This document shows positions 1 to 12,039 of a stretch of 64,000 bases of DNA, one piece after another. Source of the DNA: Octopus vulgaris (Eukaryota). The DNA is taken from contig OX597824.1 of assembly GCA_951406725.2 (NCBI GenBank), positions 85,064,001 to 85,128,000 on the forward strand. The letters are read 5' to 3'. Each line of letters begins with the position of its first letter. Within the stretch, counting starts at the first letter, position 1. A program made the translations under genes and the position numbers. Below the pieces are notes generated by a model that saw only the letters and a program-made list of their open reading frames with translations, searched no databases and was not told the origin of the DNA.

Positions 1-145
1 GAAACAGATATTGTTATATTTCGGAATGGTCATATTGCCAGTTTAGCCAATAAAAACACACGCACTATATATTTGGTGTTATTTTGCTTCAGTATTATTT
101 GTTTTTTACATTCATCTTAATCTTAATCTTATAAGATTAAAATTA

Positions 146-198
<53 letters not shown>

Positions 199-203
<5 letters not shown>

Positions 204-1204
204 TGGAGGTGGAAGTAGCACAGAAGTAAGTCTAAGATATTTCAATTTAAGAGGGAATTTAATAAAAATGATTTTAAAAGTTATATATAGAAAATATTAC
301 CGGTTTCCATGTATCTCATCTTATCAAATATCAGTAAAATTTATAACATTTTGAAGTAAAAACAGTTTATCTTCTGTCTGGGGATCAAGAACATTTCTAG
401 AGATTTTTCGTTGAAGTCTTCTTTATATATAGTTTGGCATAGAGTTCAAAGTGTTAGCCACCGAGAGAATGGATGTGTATTGTGTAAAGGAAGTTTTTGA
501 GTGTTCCTGCCAAGGGCGTGGCTATAAAACATTTATTGAATGAGTTTTATGTCCACCTGAATGTGAATTGTGTTGAATCTTTTCTACTCTAGGCTCGAAA
601 TTTTTGGGGAGGGATCCAGTCGATTAGATCGATCCCAATAGGTACTTCCTTTATCGACCCCGAATGGATGAATGACAAAGTTCGACCTCGGTGGAATTTG
701 AACTGAGAACGTAAAGACAGATGAAATATCGCTAAGCATTTGGCCCAGCGTGCTAACATTTCTGCCCGGTCCTTTCAATATGTTTGGAAAGTGACCAGCA
801 GTGAGTTGAGGGGTGTGTATGTTGTGATGAATGTCTTGTTGAAGAAAGGATAAGGACTTTCCTTTGGATTAGATGTATTCTTTTTAGTGTTTCCACCTGT
901 GTGTATATGTGTGGTCACCAGCATGTCCGTGTGTGTGTGTATGAGTGTATGTGTTTTTTGCGATGTTTTCTTTTGCCAAAAACACACTCACATGCACGCA
1001 CAAACACACCCACACATACACTCACACAAATACACACAGCTGGTGACCCCACGCACACACAGAGGTGGAGACACTCAAAAGAATACATCTAGCCCAAAGG
1101 AAAGTCCTACTTCTTTCTTCAACAATATATTCATCACAACATACACACCCCTCAACTCACAGCTGGCCACTTTCCATATATATTGAAAGGACATTCAACA
1201 CAAT

Positions 1205-1246
<42 letters not shown>

Positions 1247-1248
1247 GC

Positions 1249-1279
<31 letters not shown>

Positions 1280-1620
1280 AGTGGACATAAAATCCATCCA
1301 ATAAATGCTTTATAGACACGTCCTTGGCAGGAACACTCAAAAATTTCTTTTAGACAATACACACCCCTTCTCTCACTCTATATCAAACTATATAAAAGAA
1401 AACTTCAACGAAAAATCTCTAGACATGTTCTTGATCCCCAGACAGAAGATAAACTGTTTTTACTTCAAAATGTTATAAATTTTACTGATATTTGATACGA
1501 TGAGATACATGGAAAACGATAATATTTTCTATATATAACTTTTAAAATCATTTTTATTAAATTCCCTCTTAAATTGAAATATCTCAGACTTACTTCTGTG
1601 CTACTTCCACCTCCATCTAA
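199..1620. repeat. Diverged ~1.4 kb foldback (long inverted repeat) bounded by TA repeats
   Basis: 199-445 is the reverse complement of ~1375-1620 (TTAGATGGAGGTGGAAGTAGCACAGAAG / CTTCTGTGCTACTTCCACCTCCATCTAA). ~495-570 pairs with ~1195-1345 and ~770-922 with ~1038-1192. The left arm is interrupted by a SINE. Confidence 0.9.
578..768 (-). mobile_element. SINE family B copy inserted in left arm of the foldback
   Basis: Matches the family B consensus (GCAGAAATGTTAGCACGCTGGGC...GTTCAAATTCC) on the minus strand. It is absent from the right arm, which reads through as ATTGTGTTGAATGTCCTTTCAATA. Confidence 0.85.
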
Positions 1621-1666
1621 TATATATAAAAATTTGATTTGTATAGAGCTCTAATCCTTTTTTCAA

Positions 1667-1839
<173 letters not shown>

Positions 1840-1934
1840 GGGAAGCTTTATGAAAATAGACAAAAGACGAAGGCAGGTGGAAACAAACGAACAATTGTAT
1901 TAGTATGGCGCTCAGGAAATATAAATAAAACAAG

Positions 1935-1972
1935 TCTTTAACGTTTCGAGCCTACGCTCTTCAACAGAAAGA
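1935..1972 (-). ncRNA. Minimal type I hammerhead-ribozyme-like motif with variant core
   Basis: Minus strand reads UCUUU-CUGUUGA-A-GAGC-GUAG-GCUC-GAA-ACGU-U-AAAGA: 5-bp helix I, 4-bp helix II with tetraloop, palindromic ACGU helix III. It lies 3' of a Penelope ORF. Confidence 0.6.
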
Positions 1973-2155
1973 TACACAGAGAGAAAAAAAACACAGAAAG
2001 AAGGAGAGAAAAAAATGCGTGCAGTAGCTAACGAATCAACATGGCGATCTGATTTCGGCCAGAGGTCAAAGATCAAACATGAGACGCGAGAGCGAAATAA
2101 GGGGAGATAATAGGGTTGATAATAGGGTTGATAATAGAGTGGAAGGACCAGCTAA

Positions 2156-2495
2156 TAGTGCGTAGGAGGGGTCTGGACGTGTGTATGTATAGGGTTGGTG
2201 TATGTATTAGTATGTATAAGGGTGTGTGTGTGTGTGTATGTGTGTATGAGAGAGTATTAGTGCGTAGGATTGGTCTGGACGTGCGTATGTATGGGGTTGG
2301 TGTATGTATTAGTATGTATTTGTATGTATTAGTACGTATTTGTATGTATAAGTGTGTGTGTGTGTGTATGAGAGAGTATAAGTGCGTATGCGGGGTCTGG
2401 ACGTGTGTATGTATAGGGTTGGTGTATGTATTAGTATGTATTAGTATGTATTAGTACGTATTAATATGTATTAGTTGGTGTATGTATTAGTATGG
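2156..2495. repeat. Three ~100-120 bp tandem units in the Penelope 3' region
   Basis: AGTGCGTA..G.GGTCTGGACGTG.GTATGTAT.GGGTTGGTGTATGTATTAGTA recurs at ~2157, ~2259 and ~2381. Confidence 0.85.
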
Positions 2496-2499
2496 CACA

Positions 2500-3571
2500 T
2501 CATATATGATGTGATGTGTAAAGTCGTGTGGTGTAGTGAGGAGAAGAGGGGGAGGGGGAGAAGAGGGGGGAGAAGGGGAGGGGAAGAAGAGGGGGAGGAG
2601 AGGGGAAGAGGAGAGGAGGGGGGAGAGAGAGGAGGGGAGAAGGAAGGGAATGAGGGGGAGGAAGGAGGAAAGAGGGAGAGGGGGAGAGAGAAGGGGAGTA
2701 GGGAGTGAGGGAGCAGAGGGAAGGCGAAGAGGGAAGGAGGGAGGGAGAAAGAAGGAAGAAGGGAAGGGGAGTAGGGGTGAAAGGATGAAGGACTGAAGAA
2801 GTAGGGGGGGGGAAAAGATAGGTGAGGAGGGGGAGAGGGGGGTTAGATGAGGAGGGGGGAGAGTTGAGACCAAATGGCGTATAAGAGCGAAGAGAGAAGA
2901 TTAATTCCTGTTCACGGCGCAAACGGGAATCCGGATGGCCTCTGTGTAAGGACAAACCGAACACAGATAGGTGTTGCAAGGAGTGACCGGTGGAGCGGAA
3001 ATGGCGTGAGACTGGTGTGTCGTTCGCAAGGTGGATGTCACGAAGGTGTTCCGCGAACCGGTCAGCCAAGCGGCGTCCCGTTTGTCCGATGTACAAGGAA
3101 TTGCAGAGAGAGCAAGAGATGCAATAGATAATATTGCTGGAGGTGCAGGTGAAGGAGTGGATGATGGGATAGGGTCGATGGTGGGTGCTAGTGAGGCGGG
3201 TGGTGTTGGAGAGGTAAGGGCAAGTGCGGCAACGTGGGCGGGAGCAGGGGAACGAGCCGGGTTGGGAGGTAGGGTCAGGGAAGGAGCTATGGACCAAAAG
3301 GTCTCGAAGGTTGTGGGCTCGTTTGAAAGAGGGGAGGGGTCGGTTAGGGAAGAGGTGTGAAGTGGACGGGTGGGACTGGAGATGACGGAAAGCTCGAAGA
3401 ATGGTGCGTTGGAGACGTAGGGTCGTGGGGTGGTAAGTGAGGGGAAAAGGGAGGCGGGAGACTACAGGGCGGGTTCGGGGAGAGAGAGCAGATACACGGT
3501 CCACGGACCGTGCTCTGGCAAGGGCGGTGTGGATAGTGGTGAAGGGGTATCCACGTAGGGTGAAGTGGTGA

Positions 3572-3576
<5 letters not shown>
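2500..3576 (-). CDS. Penelope-like RT C-terminus, Cys linker and GIY-YIG endonuclease (truncated ORF)
   Basis: Motifs RGYP...PLTYHP...NLRDLLV (RT thumb), CSRPRCRTC (Neptune-type linker) and NIIYCISCSLCNSLYIGQTGRRLADRFAEH...VSRHF...H...REQELIFSL...PFGLN. There are no stops. The apparent N-terminal extension to 3876 is microsatellite, and the part below ~2860 is low-complexity read-through. Confidence 0.9.
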
Positions 3577-3626
<50 letters not shown>

Positions 3627-3692
3627 TGAGAGAGAGAGAGAGAGAGAGTGAAAGAGACATGTAGATAGATAGATAGATAGAGATAGATAGAT

Positions 3693-3729
<37 letters not shown>

Positions 3730-4286
3730 CATGTAGATAGATAGACAAAGAGACAGAGAGGAGGAGAGACTTTTCTTACTAAAATATAGACAACAAATAA
3801 CAAACAAAATAAAACTATAAGGGAAAACGGACAAACAAAAACCAACAAATTTAATATCGGTTTCAAATTTTGGCAATTTCGAAGGTAGGGCAAGTCGATT
3901 TCATCGACCAGTGCTCAACTGGTACTTATTTTATCGACCCTTTAAGAGTGAAAGGCAAAAGGAGACGTCAGAGGAATTTGAACTCAAAATATAAAAACGG
4001 ACGAAATACCGCCAATCATTTTCCCCCGGCGTGCTAACGATTCTAGCAGCATACCACCTTAAAAACATATTTAATATCAACAACTAGACTTTTTCTATCA
4101 TAGGTGCAAGGCCTGAAGTTTTGGAGGTAGAGGCTAGACGATTACATCGACCCCTGGGGCTCAACTCGTACTTATTTAACCGACTTCGAAAATATGAAAG
4201 TCGACCTCGGTGTAATTTGAACCCAGAGCGTAGAAGAAGAAGAAGAAGAAGAAGAAGAAGAAGAAGAAGAAGAAGAAGAAGAAGCA

Positions 4287-4346
<60 letters not shown>

Positions 4347-4377
4347 TAATAAAAATAATAATAATGATGATGATAAA

Positions 4378-4449
<72 letters not shown>

Positions 4450-4514
4450 TTGAAATGGTATTTATAAGAAAGAAGGCAGAAAACATAAATTTAGATTTTG
4501 AGCATTCTTTTCGT

Positions 4515-4922
4515 TTTCATTTCTTGTCTTTTACTTGTTTCATTCATTAGACTGCGGCCATACTGGGGCACCGCCTTTAAGAATTTTTAGCCGAATGAAT
4601 CGACCGCAATGCCAGTACTTAGCATTTTCCTTTAAGACTGGCACTTACTAAATCCAACTCTTTTGCCGAACCGTTAAGTTACGGGGACGTAAACACACCA
4701 GCATCGGTTGTCAAGCGATGTTGGGCGACACACACAGACACACACACACACATTTATGTACGAAGTGCTTCTTTCAGTTTCCGTCTACCAAATCCACTCA
4801 CAAGACTTTGATCGGTCCGAGAATAGAAGAAGAGAATAGAAGACACTTGCCCAAGGGGCCACGCAGCGGGACTGAACTCAGAACCACGTGGTTGGTAAGC
4901 AAGCTACTTACCACACAGCCAC
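4515..4922 (-). mobile_element. tRNA-derived SINE family A
   Basis: Reverse complement of GTGGCTGTGTGGTAAGTAGCTTGCTTACCAACCAC...GGCCGCAGTC...AACAAGTAAAAG, with internal CA repeat. Confidence 0.85.
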
Positions 4923-5359
4923 AGATTTTTAAAGACTTTTTCTTGATCCCTAGGACTAATAAGGCCGGTTACCCGGTTACCATGGTTAAGTGACTGATGC
5001 AGCAACATTCCCATTGAACAGGATGCCGGTCCGTTGCAGAGTTCATGGCTAGGCGACTTTGAGCTGATTATATCGACCCCAGTACATAGCTGGTACTCTA
5101 TCTAACCGAAATGATGAAAGGTAAAGAAAAGGTGGAAATGCTGTTGAAGATTTTGTCTGACGTGTTAACGATTCTGTCAGCTTTCTCCCTTTATTGATTT
5201 GATTAGATACAGGCTTAGAACAGAACAGAGGAACACGGAATATTAGGAGAATATAATAATAAAGTCTTATTCCTGCCGTCGAAAAAATGCGATGCAACCA
5301 TCTTACCGTCATTTCCAACGTGTGTGTGACCACCATCACTACCGCAAGCAAGGGGGCAG

Positions 5360-5530
5360 AGGAGAAAGGGAGGAGGAGGAAGAGGAGGAGAAGAAGAAGT
5401 AGAAGGAGAAGTAGAAGGAGGAGGAGGAGAAGAAGAAGGAGAATGAGGAGGAGGAAGAGGAGAAGAAGAAGAAGGAGAAGGAGAAGAAGAAGAAGGAGGA
5501 GGAGGAGGAGGAGGAGGAGGAGAATAAGAA

Positions 5531-5561
<31 letters not shown>

Positions 5562-5582
5562 AAGAAGAAGAAGAAGAAGAAG
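5360..5582. repeat. (AGG/AAG)n polypurine microsatellite
   Basis: Direct reading. Confidence 0.95.
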
Positions 5583-6237
5583 GATTTGCTTGACTAATGG
5601 CGGTGCTCCATCATGGCCACAGTCACACGACCGAAACAAGTAAAAGAGAGAGAGCAAAGAGAGATCACGTGACTTCAGGTAGATTTGGTATCTTTTTCTA
5701 GCAAGTGTAGTAGATTCGTTGTGACTTGCATAATTCATCTAGGTGTACAACAGGGTCGCCAACGAATCCAATTCAGCGCTGTTATTCAGATTGGCACAGA
5801 GATTGTCAGAGAGGAATGGCAGCAGAGAAAAGACGAGCACCGTTAGAGGGCGTTGAAGTCTGTTGCAGATATTCTCCTCAAATATAATTACCTTCACCTG
5901 AACAGGAACAACGTGGCGACAGGTGTAAGGAATAAATTCTCAGATATTTAGCATTGTTTGTTCGTCTCAAGTGGCTTAAAACTCCAGTTAGTAGATTAGT
6001 TTAGAAGTTTGGGTCTATTTTATCATAAGAAAATGTAAGGGTAAATGCACACACCGATTACGTAAGCATGCATGTGCGTACGAATATATGCGTGTGCGTG
6101 TGTAGCCGTGTGTGTGTGTTTATAAATATGCATACACACACACACATATATATATATGTATATAGACTCATGTATATGTATGCGTGTATTCGTATGTGTA
6201 TGCGTTTGTGCACACATATACAAATATACAAGTATAT

Positions 6238-6292
<55 letters not shown>

Positions 6293-6511
6293 CATACATA
6301 TAAATATATACGCACAAATATATATTCGTGTGTGTATATGCATATTTATGTATTTCTGTTTGCATATATAAATATATATGTGTGTGCGTGTGCATATGCA
6401 TACATGTATGTGCGTAAGTATTCAGTAATTTTATGTCTGTCTGTCTGTATGCATGCATGCATGTATCTACAAAGAGGTAGATATACAGGTATCTGTGTGT
6501 GTGTGTATTTG

Positions 6512-6547
<36 letters not shown>

Positions 6548-6664
6548 TAACTAGATATATTATTAAATACATATGTTCACATTCACCCTGCTGTATGATT
6601 TAATCAAGTCATTCAGCCTTGTTGAAGTGCTTGTTGTTTTTTTATATTTTCCTTCAAACCACCC

Positions 6665-7140
6665 AAAACCAACCAACCAACCAACCAACCGACCAGCCAA
6701 CTAAAGAACTATCACACCAACTAACCAACCAACCAACCAACCAACCGACCAACCAACCAACCGACCGACCGACCGACCGACCGACCGACCGACCGACCGA
6801 CCGACCAACCAACCGACCGACCGACCAACCGACCAACCAACCAACCACCGACCGACCGACCGACCGACCGACCGACCGACCAACCGACCGACCGAGCGAC
6901 CAACCAACAGGCCAACCAACCAGCCAACCAACCAACCAACCAACCAACCAACCAACCAACCAACCAACCAACCAACCAACCAACCGACCGACCGACCGAC
7001 CAACCAACCAACCAACCAACCGACCGACCGACCGACCGAGCGACCAACCAACAGGCCAACCAACCAGCCAACTAACCAACTAACCAACCAACCAACCAAC
7101 TGACCGACCGACCGACCGACCAGCCAACCAACCAGCCAAC
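6665..7140. repeat. Compound (CCAA)n/(CCGA)n tetranucleotide array
   Basis: Direct reading. The variant block GAGCGACCAACCAACAGGCCAACCAACCAGCC occurs twice. Confidence 0.95.
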
Positions 7141-7667
7141 TTGACAAATGAAAAGAAGGTTGAATACGTAAGTCACTCTCGACGACCTCCACTCTGTCTT
7201 TCCATGGTCTGGTATGACAAATATAATTGGTTATTTCCTGGATTCTGGACCGCTGTTTCGCGGTTAAGAACTGAGAGTGTCGGGAAATATTTGTGCAATT
7301 ACAATTAGTAAAATACAAACTGAATTCCTAAACAAGAAGTTAAGTTAAATATGTCCAAACATAGAAAAGAATGTCGCAAAAAAAACACCATCAAGGTCAT
7401 GTTTTTTTTATTGATAATATGCCTGAGGGAAAATACCACAGGGGAACGTCGGACTTAGTGAATACGATTGCCATAGGGTTTTACAAATGTGATATAAAGG
7501 ATTGAAAAAATCTTCGAACAAGTGAGATTACCCGACCGATTAGTAAAGACAAAAATAATTTACGTTTTACGTGATGTTCCAAAGCGGGAAGTTAATTCAA
7601 GGGAGATAACCATTTCTTCATAATATTTGGTGGGATTAGAAAATAGAATACACATGGTAAATTTATA

Positions 7668-7842
7668 GGCGCAGGAGTGGCTGTGTGGTAAGTAGCTTGC
7701 TTACCAACCACATGGCTCCAGGTTCAATCCCACTGCGTGGCACCTTGGGCAAGTGTCTTCTATTATAGCCTCGGACCAACCAAAGCCTTGTGAGTGGATT
7801 TGGTAGCCGGAAACTGAAAGAAGCCCGTCGTATAATACATAC

Positions 7843-7894
<52 letters not shown>

Positions 7895-8110
7895 ATGTTT
7901 GTGTGTCTGTGTTTATCCGCCCAACATCGCTTGGCAACCGATGCTGGTGTGTTTACGTCCCCGTCACTTAGCGGCTCAGCAAGAGAGACCGATAGAATAA
8001 GAACTAGGCTTACAAAGAATAAGTCCTGGTGTCGATTTGCTCGACTAAAGGCGGTTCTCCAGCATGGCCGCAGTCAAATGACCGAAAGTAATAAAAGAAA
8101 AGAAAGAATA
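7668..8110 (+). mobile_element. Full-length SINE family A
   Basis: tRNA-like head with A box (TGGCTGTGTGG) and B box (GGTTCAATCCC), internal TA microsatellite, A-rich tail. Confidence 0.9.
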
Positions 8111-8514
8111 AAAGAATTTCGTTGATTACATATTACGATGTTCAAGAAATTTCTAGCGAGTGGTAATCATGTATAACACTATTTCATTATTTTTAGAAAT
8201 CGCCACCATGACATAACAAGAAAGTAAGAAGTCGAAAAACAACAAGCAAGGGCGGTAACTCCTATGAAGTTAGTTGAGCGAAGCTTTTAGATAATATGGT
8301 TATATCCCTTGATTATTTTGTTTTCCCGCTCTGGAGTCGGGTTTTTGTTTGGCTAATATTAGTTGATCGCAGTGTATTTTTTGTTTTTTTTAACTTACTG
8401 TATTACGTAAGCCAGACCCGAGTGTATTTCTCATTGATATCTATACTTCATTGACTGAATACGGAAATAAATGCTGAATAATTTTTTGCATCTTAACTCA
8501 TTTATATCGATCTT

Positions 8515-8690
8515 TCGTATTTTACTTGTTTCAGTTACTGGACTGCGGTCATACTGGAGTACCACTTTGAAGGATTTAGCCGAACAACTCGACCCCGGTA
8601 GTTATTGTATCGTTACCTTTTGGTGAACCATTAAGTTACGGGGACGCAAATAAACCAACACCGGTTGCCAAGTTACATACACATATACAT

Positions 8691-8739
<49 letters not shown>

Positions 8740-8900
8740 GACCGGCTTCTTTCAGTTTCCGTCTACCATTCCACTCACAAGGCTTTGGTCGGCCCGAGGC
8801 TATAGTAGAAGACACTTGCCCAAGGTGCCACACTGTGGGACTGAACCCGGAACCATGTGGTTGGTAAGCAAGCTACTTACCACACAGCCACTCCTGCGCC
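8515..8900 (-). mobile_element. SINE family A
   Basis: Reverse complement of the 7668 copy, ending CCACTCCTGCGCC. Confidence 0.9.
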
Positions 8901-9321
8901 TATAAAACTATTATCAAATCTGTAAAACCATTATCCAATCTGCCCTTTCCTTATTAAAGACAGTAGATATGATTTACAAGAACTTTGGTTGCTATTTCTA
9001 ACGTATTGTTTAACTACGAAGAGATTCCGTTGTCTCAACCTGAGGGAGGGTTTCAAAAAGCATATGAAAACCCAGCGTTTGTTAAAGAACTGGCCATATG
9101 GAGGCAACTTGCACTGAATGTTCCAGATGTTCAGTGATTTAAACCACTGGTTCAACGAATCTGTAATATATCTCAGCAACACTTGAGCTGCTCCGGAAGG
9201 TGTTACACAACTTGGAATAAAGATGAAAAGACATTTAATATGTCTATCGTCTCAAGAATGACATGCTAGTGGACAGTGAGTACAAGGGAGATAATCATTT
9301 ACCCATAATTGATAGGATTAT

Positions 9322-9632
9322 GTGAAGGCACATGGCCTAGTGGTTAGAGCAGGGAACTCACGGTCGAGGGATCGCGGGTTCGAATCTCAGACCGGGCGAT
9401 GTGTGTGTTTATGAGCGAAACACCTAAGCTCCACGCGGCTCCGACAGAAGGTAATGGGCGAACTTCTACTGACTCTTTCGCCACGACTTTCTCTCACTCT
9501 TTCCTCATGCATCTTGCAGCTCACTTGCGACGGACCGGAGTCCCGTCCAGGTGGGGAAACCTATACGCCAAAGAAACCAGGAGACCGGCTCTTATGAGCC
9601 AGGCGTGGCTCGAGAAGGAACAAACAAAACAA
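9322..9632 (+). mobile_element. tRNA-derived SINE family C, tail type 2
   Basis: Head TGGCCTAGTGGTTAGAGCAG...GGTTCGAATC. Tail GCGACGGACCGGAGTCCCGTCCAGG, ending in (CAAA)n. Confidence 0.85.
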
Positions 9633-9937
9633 ATTGATAGGATTACAAGTTTGAATTTAAATTTAAGGAATAATAAAGAAAATATCCCAGAAAGCAATAA
9701 CAAAGAGGTTGAAGAAGTGTGGTAGCCTGTTACTGGAAAACACAAAATCAGTTTTTTTTCCAGTTGTGTCGGTAAACTTGTTCGATTCCCGACTAAATTT
9801 TTTTAAATGCATTAGCATCTGCACCGTAATGAAAATAAAATGTTATAAATTAATTAATGATAATTACAAAAGAACCAGTGTGATGAGCATCGTGGGGAAG
9901 ATGTATGCACGAGTTTTATTACCATACATAAAAAAAA

Positions 9938-10852
9938 GGCGGCACTCTTAGCAAAAGTTTTAACGGTGTTTCTTCTGGTTCTTTGCGTTCTGAATTCCTA
10001 ACCCTCAGAGGTCAACTCGACCTTTTATCTTTTCGGGGTCAATAAAATAAAGTACCAGCAAAGTATTGGGGTCAATGTGATCAGTTTATCTGCTTCCCTA
10101 AAATTGTTGACCATGTGCCAAAATTTGAAACCGAAAGTGGCGAGCTGGCAGAAACGTTAGCGCGCCGGGCGAAATACTTAGCGGTATTTCGTCTGCCGCT
10201 ACGTTCTGAGTTCAAATTCCGCCGAGGTCGACTTTGCCTTTCATCCTTTCGGGGTCAATTAAATAAGTACCAGTTACGCACTGGAGTCGATATGATCGAC
10301 TTAATCCGTTTGTCTGTCCTTGTTTGTCCTCTTTGTGTGTAACCCCTTGTGGGCAGTAAAGAAATAGGTATTTCGTCTGTCTTTACGTTCTGAGTTCAAA
10401 TTCCGCCGAGGAATTTTCATCTTTTGCCTTTCATCTTTTCGGGGTCGATAAATTAAGTACCTGTTGCGTACTGGGGTCGATCTATTCGACTAGCCCCTCC
10501 CCCCAAAATTTCGGGCCTTGTGCCTAGAGTAGAAAAGATTCGTAATCCTCCGAGGTCATCTTGACCTTTTATCTTTTCGGGGTTAATAAAATAAAGTACC
10601 AGCGAAGTATTGGGGTCGATGTGCCAAAATTTGAAACCGAAATGGCGAGCTAGCAAAATCGTTACCACGTCGGAATAAAATGCTTTGTGACGTTTCTTCC
10701 AATTTAACGTTCTAAGTTCAAATATTGCCGAGTCGACTTTACCTTTCATTTTTTCGCTGTCAATAAAATAAGTATCAGTTAAGCATTCGGATCAATGTAA
10801 TCGACTCATCCACTCTCCCGAATGTGCTGGTCTTGAGTCAAAATTTGAAACC
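9938..10852 (+). mobile_element. Cluster of ~5 tandem or nested SINE family B copies
   Basis: Repeated GAGTTCAAATTCCGCCGAGGTCGACTTTGCCTTTCATCCTTTCGGGGTC core. Confidence 0.9.
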
Positions 10853-11159
10853 ATTGTCGTACATAAGTGTGGACTATTCTGCAGCTTATCCGTTTAAAGA
10901 AATCGTATTCTTCAAACACATTCGGTGTCCTTTGATTTGCCGTTAATATAAAAGGTGGTCACTATCTCTTCACAGCGTGAGGTGGGATTAGAAATTTGAA
11001 TATGGTATCAAGTAATTCGAAGATAATATAAAATGTTCACATGTATCTCCCATCTTTTATATTTTGCTTGTTAAAGTCGTTGGACTGCGGACATGCTGGG
11101 GTACCGCCTTGAAGGGCCTAGTACTTATTATATCGATCTCTTTTTACCGAACAGCTGAA

Positions 11160-11700
11160 TTTGCGTGTAGAACAGAACCGTCTATTGCCCTAGTCCATCT
11201 TGAAAATTGCTTCACCGCTTTCCTTTGGCCGAGAAGGGCAGTTTTCCTTTGTCTAGTGGCTGTGGTGAATGAGTATCTTTGGTGGGTTCGACTGAAAGGA
11301 CCTGGCCAAGCCCTCATTGACTTTTTCAAACTCTATATGAAGAAGAATGTGACGATGGAGGGGGAGCTGTAGTTTTCATGTAAATGGAAGATGGCGAGTA
11401 GATGGAAGTGGCGAGCATTGCCCGACTAAATGGGCCTCTTCCCAGTATTTAGCTGTAAATCGAGGAACGTCTGTCGGAAGAGGGCGCTTCCATTTAGTAA
11501 TCTTGGTTTTGTGGGGTTTACTGAGTTGTTCTTGGTAACGGTCCACCTGAATGGTCACTCTACCACACATTTTTGCTGCCATTTATTTTCTTTCTATTTT
11601 TTATTTATCCGACTCCAGTGTAAACTTACAACACTTTTCGTAAGTTGTCTCTGTAATGCTCCACCATTCGTCACCTTTGTGACAATAAACGAAACGATCC
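11160..11700 (+). mobile_element. Probable L1/Tx1-like LINE 3' end (ORF2 C-terminus and 3' UTR)
   Basis: AVFLCLVAVVNEYLWWVRLKG..QALIDFFK resembles the hydrophobic 'W..R' C-terminal segment of L1/Tx1 ORF2. It ends with AATAAACGAAACG. Assignment is from recall. Confidence 0.45.
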
Positions 11701-11718
11701 TCTTCCTCCTCCTCATCC

Positions 11719-11752
<34 letters not shown>

Positions 11753-11954
11753 TTCAAAAAGGATTGACGTAACTCTTCACAAAGGTAACCAGTCAAGACG
11801 ACGAGCGCGATTCGTTCAACTAATAAAATATCTTACAGTCGAATCGCGCTCTTCGTCTTGGCAACTACTACTACTACTACTCCCGTGTCCAGCTTTGTAT
11901 TGTCCCTATTTGTTTTGAGTTTGGCCCTTGTGGTCAAGAAAAAAACCCAATTAC

Positions 11955-12036
<82 letters not shown>

Positions 12037-12039
12037 TAA

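Larger units (their letters stand above)
1840..3576 (-). mobile_element. 5'-truncated Penelope-like retroelement (Neptune-like), flanked by (TA)n on both sides
   Basis: Contains a GIY-YIG ORF, a polypyrimidine tract and ~100-bp tandem units in the 3' region, and a hammerhead-like motif near the 3' end. Both boundaries abut TA microsatellites. Confidence 0.85.

Noticed and set aside
9860-9920. NYKRTSVMSIVGKMYARVL, an RTE-like RT motif
   Set aside because: Plausible LINE relic, but too short to delimit or call.
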